Both the position numbers and the translations under genes were made by a program. A stretch of DNA of 51,083 nucleotides from Thermoplasmatales archaeon SW_10_69_26. GTDB taxonomy: Archaea > Thermoplasmatota > SW-10-69-26. The notes beneath the pieces are model-generated. The model saw only the letters and a program-made list of their open reading frames with translations, was not told the DNA's origin and did no database searches. The stretch lies in the NCBI GenBank assembly GCA_003009755.1, contig PXUB01000046.1, forward strand, positions 1 through 51,083, given 5' to 3'. Below are positions 29,083 through 37,742 of the stretch, piece after piece; position 1 is the first letter of the stretch; every line of letters begins with the position of its first letter.

Positions 29083-29292
29083 AGATCTCGCCCGTCCGGG
29101 CGATCGCAGGCACGCCCGAATCTCTGATCCGGGCAGTATCCGTCGACAACCCACAGGGGGTTTCCTTCCTCGGCCTCCGCGAGCCTGACACGCTCCCTCG
29201 CACGAGCCCTCCGGGCTCGCAGGCTCGGGAGGCCGTCCCCGGTCTCCCGAAACCGGCGCGAGATCTTGCGCACATCGAGTCCGGCAGGCTAG
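29083..29292. repeat. Dispersed CTAG-bounded hairpin repeat, copy 3 (long internal region)
   Basis: 29252-29292 matches 3346-3386 at 32/41; AGATCTCGC (29083-29091) pairs with GCGAGATCT (29258-29266). Confidence 0.6.
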
Positions 29293-29963
29293 GAGCCGGC
29301 GAACGCGCCGGGATCCTCGGAGGGCTCGGAGCCGTGGGCCTGGGAGCCCTCGGCGGCGAGCACGGCATCGAGGTAGGCGTTGAGCCGCTCGGTGCGGGCC
29401 TCGAGCTGGAGCACCGTCTCCTCGAGCCCGTCGACCGATTGCTGGAGGTCGGGCCCCAGCTCGTCGGCGTCCTGCAGGACGCCGAGGTAGTTGCCGATCG
29501 CGGCGAGGAGGTTCCACTGTTCGTGGAAGAGCCGGCGGACCTCGCGCCGGGGGTCGGCCTCGCGGTGGGGACGATCGGCGTGGCCGTGGATCGCCTCCTC
29601 GAGGACCTGGGCCAGCTGTTCCTTGCTGAAGGGCTTGGAAAGGTACCCCCAAGCATCGTGGCGAGCGGCGGTATCCTCGACGTCCTCGACGGCGGAGGCG
29701 AACACGATCGGCATGTCGTCGGTGGTGGGGCTCAAGCGGAGCACGGCGACGAGCCCGGAGAGGTTGAGGTCCGGCATCTTGAGGTCCTGCAGCAGGACGG
29801 CGGGCTGCTCGCGCTCGGCCGTCTCGAGCACCTGGGCGGGATCCGAGAGCGTGATCGGCTCGTAGCCCAGGGATTCGACGAGCAAGGCGGTGGACTCGAG
29901 CACGTCCGGGTCGTCGTCCACGATGAGGACCTTGCGCTCGTCCGGGTCGGCCTCCCCGTCCAT
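29289..29963 (-). CDS. Response regulator with C-terminal HisKA-like helices
   Basis: VLIVDDD, LLQDLKMPD, IVFASA, LSKPF; then LFHEQWNLLAAIGNY. Confidence 0.85.
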   Translation of the reverse strand: MDGEADPDERKVLIVDDDPDVLESTALLVESLGYEPITLSDPAQVLETAEREQPAVLLQDLKMPDLNLSGLVAVLRLSPTTDDMPIVFASAVEDVEDTAARHDAWGYLSKPFSKEQLAQVLEEAIHGHADRPHREADPRREVRRLFHEQWNLLAAIGNYLGVLQDADELGPDLQQSVDGLEETVLQLEARTERLNAYLDAVLAAEGSQAHGSEPSEDPGAFAGS

Positions 29964-30200
29964 CCCCCCAGCCTCTGCCCGGCCTCCCATAAACGCCCTC
30001 GGAGGTCCGTGCATGTCGAATCCGTGCCAACATATGTCACGACTTGGGCGGGAAAAATTGAAATATCCCCTTTCGTCGGCAGATTCTATCATAAAAGGTG
30101 TTGGACATCCGTTATCTGGGGGATGTGACGAAGGAGGGGTTGCGGGTCACCCAGGACCGCCCGGTCCTGGAGGCAAGGCACCGCAGAAGTGAGCTCCTCT

Positions 30201-32927
30201 ATGAGAAACGGTATACTGACTGGCCTCCTGGCCATCGGACTCTTGACAGGGAACCTGGCGCTCGTTGCCGGCTCCGCGTCGGCATCGAGCACGGACGAAG
30301 CCGTCGAGTTCGGGATGGGGCCCGGCTCGATCGAACCCCAACAGAACCACGGGGTTGCGCCTGACTACCAGACCATCTGGATCGGTCCATGGACCCTGGA
30401 ATCCGGTTGGGCAGGCGTGAACGACCAACTCGAGTACATGCAGTCCCAAGGTGTCACTCCCGTCATCCAGTTCTACTACTGGGGCGACGACATCTCCCCG
30501 AGCTGCTTCGAGAACGGCTGCTGGTCGGACCTCCACGACACGCACAAGTACAAGGAGGAGTGGCAGCAGCTCGCCAGGGAGCTCGTCGACAACCTCCACA
30601 AGACGATGGACGGCGACCGGGTCGTCATCCTGCTGGAGACCGAGTTCAACAAGAACGGGATGGAGGACTACGAGCCCTTCGACGAGGCGCTGGAATCGAA
30701 GGCCCACTACTTCCACGACGAGTACCCGGCCTCCGAGGTCGTGCTCTCGTTCGGGAACTGGAAGAGCTGGGCGTGGGACACCTACGACCGGTCCGCGGCG
30801 GCCTCCGACTACATCGGGATCCAGGGCCTGCGCGGATCGACCCAGGACTCGTGGGACTCCTACCACAGCCTGTACGAGGACACCCTCCACGGTGTCGAGA
30901 AGATGCAGGACATCTTCGGGCAGCCGATCTTCATCACCGACATCGGGCTCTCGAGCTACCCCGAGCCCGACTACCTCGATCCGCAGGCCAACGAGCTGCA
31001 GGACTTCTTCGACGGCATGAGCGAGCTCAAGGCCGCCGGCGTCGAGGCGATGGTGTACCGCGGCTGGCACGACAACCCGGACATGGACACGAACAACTAC
31101 TACGGCGAGGCCGAACGCCACTGGGGCATGGCCCACTCCGACGGCTGGGAGAAGCCGGCCGCCGACGTCTGGATCAACGGGGTCCAGGCCGAGCGCGACG
31201 GCTCGCCGGTCGGCAGCTTCGACGCGAGCGCCGAGGGTCGCACGGTCACCTTCGACGCCTCCGCCTCGAGCGACCCCGACGGCGACGACCTCACGTACAC
31301 CTGGGACTTCGGTGACGGCAACCGAGGCGACGGCGAGGTCGTCGAGCACACCTTCGACGAGGCCGGCACCTACGACGTTCACATGAGCGTCTCCGACGGG
31401 GACACCAAGGACACCGTGTACAAGTCCCTCTCCGTCGAGAACGCCGCCCCGTCGGCCACGTTCGAGGTGACCAGCAACGGGACCGAGGCCTACTTCGATG
31501 CCGACGAGTCCACCGACCCCGACGACAGCAACCTGACGTACACGTGGGACTTCGGCGACGGGGCCCGTGCCACCGGCATGCACGCCGAGCACGCGTTCAC
31601 CGAGGACGGAACCTACGACGTCCACATGAGCGTCTCCGACGGCAAGACCAAGGACGTCACCCACCAGCGCGTGTCCGTCGAGAACGGCGCGCCGACCGCG
31701 AAGCTCGAGCTCTCGACCGACGGTCGCGAGCTCACGGCCGACGCCTCCGGCTCGGCCGACCCCGAGGGTGAGGACCTCGAGTACCGGTGGGATCTCGGCG
31801 ACGGGACCCGAGCGACCGGTGCTCAGGTCGACCACACGTACGAGCGCGAGGGGACCTACACGCTCTACATGAGCGCCTACGATGACGACGACCGCGACAC
31901 GGTGAAGCGCGTCGTCGAGATCGACGACCCCAACAACACCGCGCCCGAGGCCACCTACGACGTGACGAAGGGCGGGCTCGATGTCTCCCTGGACGCCTCC
32001 GCGTCCTCGGACCCGGACGGGGACGACCTGACGTACACGTGGGACTTCGGCGACGGCGCCCGCGCGACGGGCCAGACCGTCGACCACACGTACGCCGAGC
32101 CCGGGACCTACAAGGTCCACATGAGCGTCGACGACGGACTGACGAAGACGACGACCAAGCAGACGATCACCGTCGGCGAGGCCAACGACGCGCCCGACGC
32201 CGCGTACAACGTGAACAAGAACGGCCTCAAGGTCCACGTCACCGGCTGGCCCTCCGAGGACCCCGACGGGGACGGGTTGAACCACGTCTGGGACTTCGGC
32301 GACGGCAACCGGGCCAGCGGGCAAAGCCTCGTCCACTACTTCGACGAGCCCGGGACCTACAAGGTCCACATGAGCGCGAGCGACGGCGAGTACAAGGACA
32401 CAACGAAGCAGACGATCACCGTCGGCGACGCGAACGAGGCCCCGACGGCGTCGTACGAGTACAACAAGGACGCGCTCGACGTCAGCTTCGACGCGACCGC
32501 CTCCGAGGACCCGAACGGCGACGGGCTGACGTACGTCTGGGACTTCGGCGACGGGACCCGCGCTCGCGGGGAAACCCCCGACCACACGTTCGACGAGCCC
32601 GGGACCTACAAGGTCCACATGAGCGTGAGCGACGGCGAGTACAAGGACACCACCATGCACGAGATCACGGTCGGTGAACCGTACTCGGCCGAGTTCGACC
32701 CCAAAAGCCAGGACAACGAGTGGTGGGTCGAGGTCGGCGTGAACGCGGACCCGAACCCGGCCAAGGTCGAGTTCCGAGCCGACGGCGGGGACTGGGTCAA
32801 GCTCGACAAGACCGACTGGGGCACCTGGGCCAAGAGCGTCCACGTCGAGCCCGGCAGCGAGGTCGAGTTCCGTGCGACCTCGACGGCTGGCGAGACCGAC
32901 ACCAGCCGCAGCTACACGTGGGGCTAG
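30201..32927 (+). CDS. Secreted GH-A-clan (GH17/GH26-like) hydrolase with six PKD domains and an expansin/CBM63-like C-terminal domain
   Basis: Signal peptide; VILLETEFN, PIFITDIGLSS, EAERHWGM...KPA; six S.DP.G..L...WD[FL]GDG repeats; NEWWVEV...KVEF...W..LDKTDWG.W tail. Confidence 0.72.
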   Translation: MRNGILTGLLAIGLLTGNLALVAGSASASSTDEAVEFGMGPGSIEPQQNHGVAPDYQTIWIGPWTLESGWAGVNDQLEYMQSQGVTPVIQFYYWGDDISPSCFENGCWSDLHDTHKYKEEWQQLARELVDNLHKTMDGDRVVILLETEFNKNGMEDYEPFDEALESKAHYFHDEYPASEVVLSFGNWKSWAWDTYDRSAAASDYIGIQGLRGSTQDSWDSYHSLYEDTLHGVEKMQDIFGQPIFITDIGLSSYPEPDYLDPQANELQDFFDGMSELKAAGVEAMVYRGWHDNPDMDTNNYYGEAERHWGMAHSDGWEKPAADVWINGVQAERDGSPVGSFDASAEGRTVTFDASASSDPDGDDLTYTWDFGDGNRGDGEVVEHTFDEAGTYDVHMSVSDGDTKDTVYKSLSVENAAPSATFEVTSNGTEAYFDADESTDPDDSNLTYTWDFGDGARATGMHAEHAFTEDGTYDVHMSVSDGKTKDVTHQRVSVENGAPTAKLELSTDGRELTADASGSADPEGEDLEYRWDLGDGTRATGAQVDHTYEREGTYTLYMSAYDDDDRDTVKRVVEIDDPNNTAPEATYDVTKGGLDVSLDASASSDPDGDDLTYTWDFGDGARATGQTVDHTYAEPGTYKVHMSVDDGLTKTTTKQTITVGEANDAPDAAYNVNKNGLKVHVTGWPSEDPDGDGLNHVWDFGDGNRASGQSLVHYFDEPGTYKVHMSASDGEYKDTTKQTITVGDANEAPTASYEYNKDALDVSFDATASEDPNGDGLTYVWDFGDGTRARGETPDHTFDEPGTYKVHMSVSDGEYKDTTMHEITVGEPYSAEFDPKSQDNEWWVEVGVNADPNPAKVEFRADGGDWVKLDKTDWGTWAKSVHVEPGSEVEFRATSTAGETDTSRSYTWG

Positions 32928-32949
32928 CCGAGCTCGCCGCTCCGGTCAC

Positions 32950-34164
32950 CTAGGCCGGGCCCTTCGGGCCCGGTCCTCCCTTCTTCTGTTGTCTCCATCG
33001 ACGTCCAGCGGACCGCTTGGCGGTGGTTAGGCCAAGCGCGCTGAGGGTGAACGCGAGCGCGGCCAACGCGCCGGGCGTGGGTACCTCGGAGACGAGGCCG
33101 CCGGGGCTGGCGGGATCCGGCGGGTCCAGGCGCCCGATGGCGCCGCGCTCGGCGTAGTAGATCGAGCCCCCGTGAGCTTCGACGTCGAAGACGGAGGCCT
33201 CGCCGTCGTAGACGACGTTGTCGTTCCAGTCCCCGGTCTCGGGGTCCTGGGTCAACCGGTGGATCGTTCCCTCGTTGAACGAGCCCCAGTAGAGGTCGCC
33301 CTCGAGGACGGCGGCACCGGTCGGGGCGCTGGTGTCGTTGTCGTAGAAGACCCCGATCGGGTCGGTGTAGCTGGGGTCGGTGCAGGAGGCCTCGAGCGCG
33401 GTGTAGTTGGCCGCGTCGTAGCGGTGGTGGCCTTGGCACTCGGGCCAGCCGTAGTTGTGGCCGGCCTCGATCAGGTTCACCTCGTCGCGCTCCTCGTTGC
33501 TGTTCTCGGTCGCGAACAACCGATCGTTGGCCTCGTCGTAGGCGAGCCCGAACACGTTGCGGTGACCGACCGAGTACGAGTAGTTGGCGATCGTCTCGTC
33601 CGTCGGGGTCCCATTCGGGTGCATGTGGAGGATCGAGCCCAGCGGGTCCTCGGGTCGCTGGGCGCGCACGGGGTCCTGGTTGTCGCCGGTGGAGACGAAC
33701 AACCGACCCTCGTCGTCGAACACGATCCGGCCGCCGTTGTGGTTGACGTGGGCGGGCAGCGTCAACAGGCGCGTCCGCTCGCCGTCCTCGACGCGTTCGA
33801 GCACGTTCGTGCCGCCTTCGGGATCGTTCGGATCCTCGAGCGTGTAGAAGACGTAGAACATGCCGTTGTCGGCGACGTCGGGATCGAGCGCGAGACCGAC
33901 GAGGCCGCGCTCGGCGTGGGTGTGGATCGCCTCGGTCTCGAGCACGATCTCCTGTTCGCCGGTGTCGGGATCGTGGCGGACGACGTGGGATTCGCCGATC
34001 GCGTTCCACCACAGGTCACCCGCGGGAGCGATTGCGAGGTCGACGGGGGCGCCGAGGTCGTCCACGACCGTCTCGGCTTCGAAGCCCTCGTCGCTGGGCT
34101 GGGCGAGGCCGGCGGCGGCCAGGGCGAGCACGGCCAGGCCAGCGGGGAGGAGCAGGCGCCTCAT
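32950..34164 (-). CDS. PQQ-dependent glucose/sorbosone dehydrogenase, paralog 1
   Basis: ERGLVGLALDP, HNGGRI, VSTGD, GHRN.FGLA, NYGWP; signal peptide and SEVP-TM tail. Confidence 0.88.
   Translation of the reverse strand: MRRLLLPAGLAVLALAAAGLAQPSDEGFEAETVVDDLGAPVDLAIAPAGDLWWNAIGESHVVRHDPDTGEQEIVLETEAIHTHAERGLVGLALDPDVADNGMFYVFYTLEDPNDPEGGTNVLERVEDGERTRLLTLPAHVNHNGGRIVFDDEGRLFVSTGDNQDPVRAQRPEDPLGSILHMHPNGTPTDETIANYSYSVGHRNVFGLAYDEANDRLFATENSNEERDEVNLIEAGHNYGWPECQGHHRYDAANYTALEASCTDPSYTDPIGVFYDNDTSAPTGAAVLEGDLYWGSFNEGTIHRLTQDPETGDWNDNVVYDGEASVFDVEAHGGSIYYAERGAIGRLDPPDPASPGGLVSEVPTPGALAALAFTLSALGLTTAKRSAGRRWRQQKKGGPGPKGPA
32955..32990 (+). terminator. Hairpin terminator between convergent genes
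   Basis: CCGGGCCC-ttc-GGGCCCGG followed by TCCTCCCTTCTTCTGTT. Confidence 0.55.
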
Positions 34165-35423
34165 CGTCGAGCCTCGGGGCGTGTGGCGAGCGCGAGGGCT
34201 GCGAGAACGGGCACGAGCCCGCTCGCGGCGGGGATCTCGGAGACGGCTCCCGAGCCGGTCGGATCGGTCGCCTTCGCGCTGTCGTGGACGGGCACGTGCT
34301 CGCCGTCGGTCCGGCCGAGATCGAGGCGGACGACTTGGGTCCAGTTCGTGTAGTAGAGGGCGCCCTCGTGGGCTTCGACGTCGTGGATGCGGTCGTCGGT
34401 CTCGTGCACGACGCGGTCCCGCCATTCGCCGCTGTCGGCCCTGGTCATGCGGTGGATCTCGCCTTGGTTCCAGGCCGCCCAGTACAGGTCGCCGTCGAAC
34501 ATCGTGGCCCCGGTGGGGGCGGCGGTGTAGTTGGCGTAGAACTCGCCGATCGGGTCGGTGTAGTCGGGATCCTCGCAGGGCTCGTCGGTGGGTTCGCCGC
34601 GCTGGACGTCGTAGGCCTTGGTGCCCTGGCAGTCGGGCCAGCCGTAGTTGTGGCCGGCCTCGATCAGGTTCACCTCGTCGCGTTCGAGGTCGTTGTTCTC
34701 AGTGGCGAACAAGCGGTCGGTCTCCGCGTCGTAGGCGAGCCCGTACACGTTGCGGTGCCCGATCGAGTACACCGGGCCCTCGATCGTGTCGTTGGCGGGG
34801 GTGCCGTCGGGGTCGAGGTGGAGGATCTTGCCGAGCAGGGAGCCGGTGTCCTGGGCGGGGTGGCGCTCGGTGTTGTCGCCGGTGGAGACGAACAACCGAC
34901 CCTCGTCGTCGACCGTGATGCGGCCGCCGTTGTGCCGCTGGTGGGCGGGGATCTCGAGCAAGCGGGTCTGTTGACCGTCCTCGACGCGAGCCAGGTGATT
35001 GGTGCCGCCGGCGGGGTCCTCGGGATCCTCGACGGTGTAGTAAACGTAGAAGACGCCGTTGTCGGTCACCTCGGGGTCGAGCGCGAGGCCGACGAGGCCG
35101 CGCTCGACGGGGTCCTCGATCGGGTCGGTGTGGAAGGTGGTCTCGATCGTCTCGCCGTCGTAGCGGCGGACGTCGCCGCTGTAGAACTCGTTCCACCACA
35201 ACGCTCCGTCGGGCGCGATCGCCAGGTCGACGGGGCCCTCGAGGTCGTCGAGGACGACGGTCTCCTCGGCGGTCCGCCAGCCGGTTGGGCTCTCGGCGTG
35301 GAGGGCGGGGGCCGCGAGCACGACCAGACCAAGGCCGAGCAGAGCGGCCAGCAGGCGTCGCGAGGGGAGGGGCAGACAGGCGGGCACGGGCGACACCCCG
35401 CCACGACGGCGGGCCTGCCACAT
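34161..35423 (-). CDS. PQQ-dependent glucose/sorbosone dehydrogenase, paralog 2
   Basis: Same motifs (HNGGRI, GKIL, GHRNVYGLA, NYGWP); SEIP-TM-RR tail; start uncertain. Confidence 0.88.
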   Translation of the reverse strand: MWQARRRGGVSPVPACLPLPSRRLLAALLGLGLVVLAAPALHAESPTGWRTAEETVVLDDLEGPVDLAIAPDGALWWNEFYSGDVRRYDGETIETTFHTDPIEDPVERGLVGLALDPEVTDNGVFYVYYTVEDPEDPAGGTNHLARVEDGQQTRLLEIPAHQRHNGGRITVDDEGRLFVSTGDNTERHPAQDTGSLLGKILHLDPDGTPANDTIEGPVYSIGHRNVYGLAYDAETDRLFATENNDLERDEVNLIEAGHNYGWPDCQGTKAYDVQRGEPTDEPCEDPDYTDPIGEFYANYTAAPTGATMFDGDLYWAAWNQGEIHRMTRADSGEWRDRVVHETDDRIHDVEAHEGALYYTNWTQVVRLDLGRTDGEHVPVHDSAKATDPTGSGAVSEIPAASGLVPVLAALALATRPEARR

Positions 35424-35451
35424 CAGTCCGCGGCCGGACATCTTGGCGGGG

Positions 35452-36969
35452 CTAGTCTTCGATCGGTTGCACCTGCCGGGGCGCCGGCAACGTCGCGTTC
35501 AACGGGACGGCGAGATCGTGGACGAGCAGGGCTCCGCGTTCCAGGCTCTCGTCGGCCGGTCGCACCGGTGTGATCAGCTCCACCGTGTCGTCGCCGTCGA
35601 CGTCGACGGGGTGGGGAGCGCGCAGCATCTTCCAGGGATGCAGGGAGAGGAACCCCTCGGCGCGGCCGTCCTCGGTGGACAGGCGCCAGACGCCGTCGTT
35701 GCCGTCGACGGGCGCGTTGAGCAAAAGCTCCTGGTCGGGGTCCGGGTCGAAGTCGCCGAGCACGATGTTCTGGTTGGACCACCAGGTGTCGATCTCGCGC
35801 ATCCAGACGTCGTCGCCGGTTGCGTCCAGGCGGAAGACGTGGGCGGGACCCAGGCGTTCCCAGTTGCCGGGGCGGTGCCCGATCGTGTTCCAGTCCATGC
35901 CGAAGATGTCGGGGGAGCCGTCGTCGTCGACGTCGTCGACGACGAGGCGCGTGTAGCTCATCGGGTTCGCCCACGCCGGTTCGCGCAGCCACACGAGCTC
36001 GGAGGAGCCGTTGGTACGGTCGCCGTGGATCGCGAAGATGCCCATGCGGTTGCGGTCGTACTGGCCTTCGACGTCGTGGGTTGCGTTCCGGGCGGTGAAC
36101 AGGATCTCCTTGGGCTCCTCGCCGTCGAGGTCGGCCACGGTGGGGGCCACCGTGACCGAGGCCGGGTCCATGTGCTCGGCCGCATCGAAGGTCCAAAGCG
36201 GGTTCCCGCTGGCGGCGTCGAACACGGTGATGAGGCCGGCGTCGGAGGCGAAGACCGCCTCCACGGAGCCCTCCCCGGCGAGGTCGGTGGCCACGGGTTC
36301 GGCGTTGCCGGCGCCCCAGCAGTGGTTCCACATCGTCGAGCCGTCGGTGTCGAGCCCGTAGATGCCCTGCTCTTCGGTCTGGACGAGGATCTCGAGCGTG
36401 TCGTCGCCGTCGAGGTCAGCCAACACGGGGCCCGCGTCCATGCTCGGGCTGTCGTTGCAGTTGGTCAGGCGGTTCTCCCACCGCTTGTCGAAGGCGATCT
36501 CGTCCTCGCCGCCGGCGTCGGGGTTGACCTGCCAGGCGGAGACGTAGCCGGCGTGGTTGGTGACGACGACGGTCGGCGGCTGACCGGGCTCCATCACCGC
36601 GGCCGCGGGAGAGTTGAGGATGCGTTGGATGTGCCAGGCCGGCGGGTAGTGGGGCGACAGCGTGGCCAGCTCCGTGCCGGACTGGGGATCGTAGATGTGG
36701 ACGTCGGCGTCGTTGCTGTGCGCGATGACCTCCTGGATCCCGTCGTCGTCGAGGTCGTAGGTCTCCGGGTCGTTGTCGAACGGGCCCGGCCAGTCGTCGG
36801 CCCCGGACGTGTCGGGATCGCCCAACGTCGCGGTGAGGCCGGGACCGCTGTCGCCGTCCTCGGTCCAGTTGGAGGCCTGGTCGCTGGCGGTGTCCGAGGA
36901 CAGAAGGCACCCGCCCATCGGGGCCGACAACATCACCACGCCGATGAGGAGGGCGCGAGCGCGGGTCAC
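35452..36969 (-). CDS. FG-GAP/VCBS-repeat beta-propeller lipoprotein
   Basis: Lipobox-like MGGC; repeated D[LV]D.DG..E[IV] calcium loops (DLDDDGIQEV, DLDGDDTLEI, DVDDDGSPDI, DVDGDDTVEL). Confidence 0.8.
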   Translation of the reverse strand: MTRARALLIGVVMLSAPMGGCLLSSDTASDQASNWTEDGDSGPGLTATLGDPDTSGADDWPGPFDNDPETYDLDDDGIQEVIAHSNDADVHIYDPQSGTELATLSPHYPPAWHIQRILNSPAAAVMEPGQPPTVVVTNHAGYVSAWQVNPDAGGEDEIAFDKRWENRLTNCNDSPSMDAGPVLADLDGDDTLEILVQTEEQGIYGLDTDGSTMWNHCWGAGNAEPVATDLAGEGSVEAVFASDAGLITVFDAASGNPLWTFDAAEHMDPASVTVAPTVADLDGEEPKEILFTARNATHDVEGQYDRNRMGIFAIHGDRTNGSSELVWLREPAWANPMSYTRLVVDDVDDDGSPDIFGMDWNTIGHRPGNWERLGPAHVFRLDATGDDVWMREIDTWWSNQNIVLGDFDPDPDQELLLNAPVDGNDGVWRLSTEDGRAEGFLSLHPWKMLRAPHPVDVDGDDTVELITPVRPADESLERGALLVHDLAVPLNATLPAPRQVQPIED

Positions 36970-37742
36970 TCGCCCATCTCCGGGGCCGAGGGGTAGCTGT
37001 TGGGCGTGGGCCGTTCGACCGGTTGCTCGCGGTCGAGGGGCACGAACCGGGATCGCACCAGCCACCAGACGATGCGGACCGCGTCGAAGAGGCTGAGCTT
37101 CGAGGAGCCGCGGCGCGGCAGGTAGTCGATCGGCACGTGTTCGATGTCGAGGCCGAAGCGGCTGGCGAGGGCGAACATCTCGGCCTCGAGCTCGAACCGG
37201 TAGCTTTGCAGCGGCAGCGCGTGCAGCGCCTCGCTGCGGAAGCTCCACATGCCCGTGCACAGGTCCGGGCACCGTTGCTGGTAGAGGCCACTGGCGAGCA
37301 TCGACAGGGTGGCGTTGCCGAAGCGATGGAGGCTGGACATGGCGCCTTCCTGCGGGTGGCGGCTGCCCATGACGACGTCGGCCTCCCCCCAGGCCAGGGG
37401 GGCCAGGATGCGGGGGATCGCCTCGGGCGGGTAGGTGCCGTCGGCGTCCAGCATGACGACGTAGTCGCCGTCGAAGAGGTGGCGGGCGTTGATCAGCGCC
37501 TGCGCCTTGCCGGGGTGGCGGTCGAAGACGACGGTGGCGCCGCCGTGCTTGTACACGATGTCGCGGGTCTGGTCCTCGCTGTGCCCGTCGAGCACCATCG
37601 TCTCGACGTCGAAGCCGAGCGTCTCCAGCGTCTCGTAGGGGATCGAGCGAAGCGTGGGCCCGATGGCCTTCTCCTCGTTGCGGGCGGGCAGCACGATCGT
37701 GACGAGCCCTGTCTCGGGCTTGGTCCCGCGGTGGGCGCTCAT
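36966..37742 (-). CDS. GT2, dolichol-phosphate glycosyltransferase-like
   Basis: VLPARNEE, DGHSEDQT, GKAQA, MLDADGTYP, VMGSR, DLCTG, RRGSSKL. Confidence 0.9.
   Translation of the reverse strand: MSAHRGTKPETGLVTIVLPARNEEKAIGPTLRSIPYETLETLGFDVETMVLDGHSEDQTRDIVYKHGGATVVFDRHPGKAQALINARHLFDGDYVVMLDADGTYPPEAIPRILAPLAWGEADVVMGSRHPQEGAMSSLHRFGNATLSMLASGLYQQRCPDLCTGMWSFRSEALHALPLQSYRFELEAEMFALASRFGLDIEHVPIDYLPRRGSSKLSLFDAVRIVWWLVRSRFVPLDREQPVERPTPNSYPSAPEMGE

Noticed and set aside
31203-32680. Regularly spaced DNA repeats resembling a CRISPR array
   Set aside because: They are in-frame PKD domain codons with ~240-nt period; no cas genes
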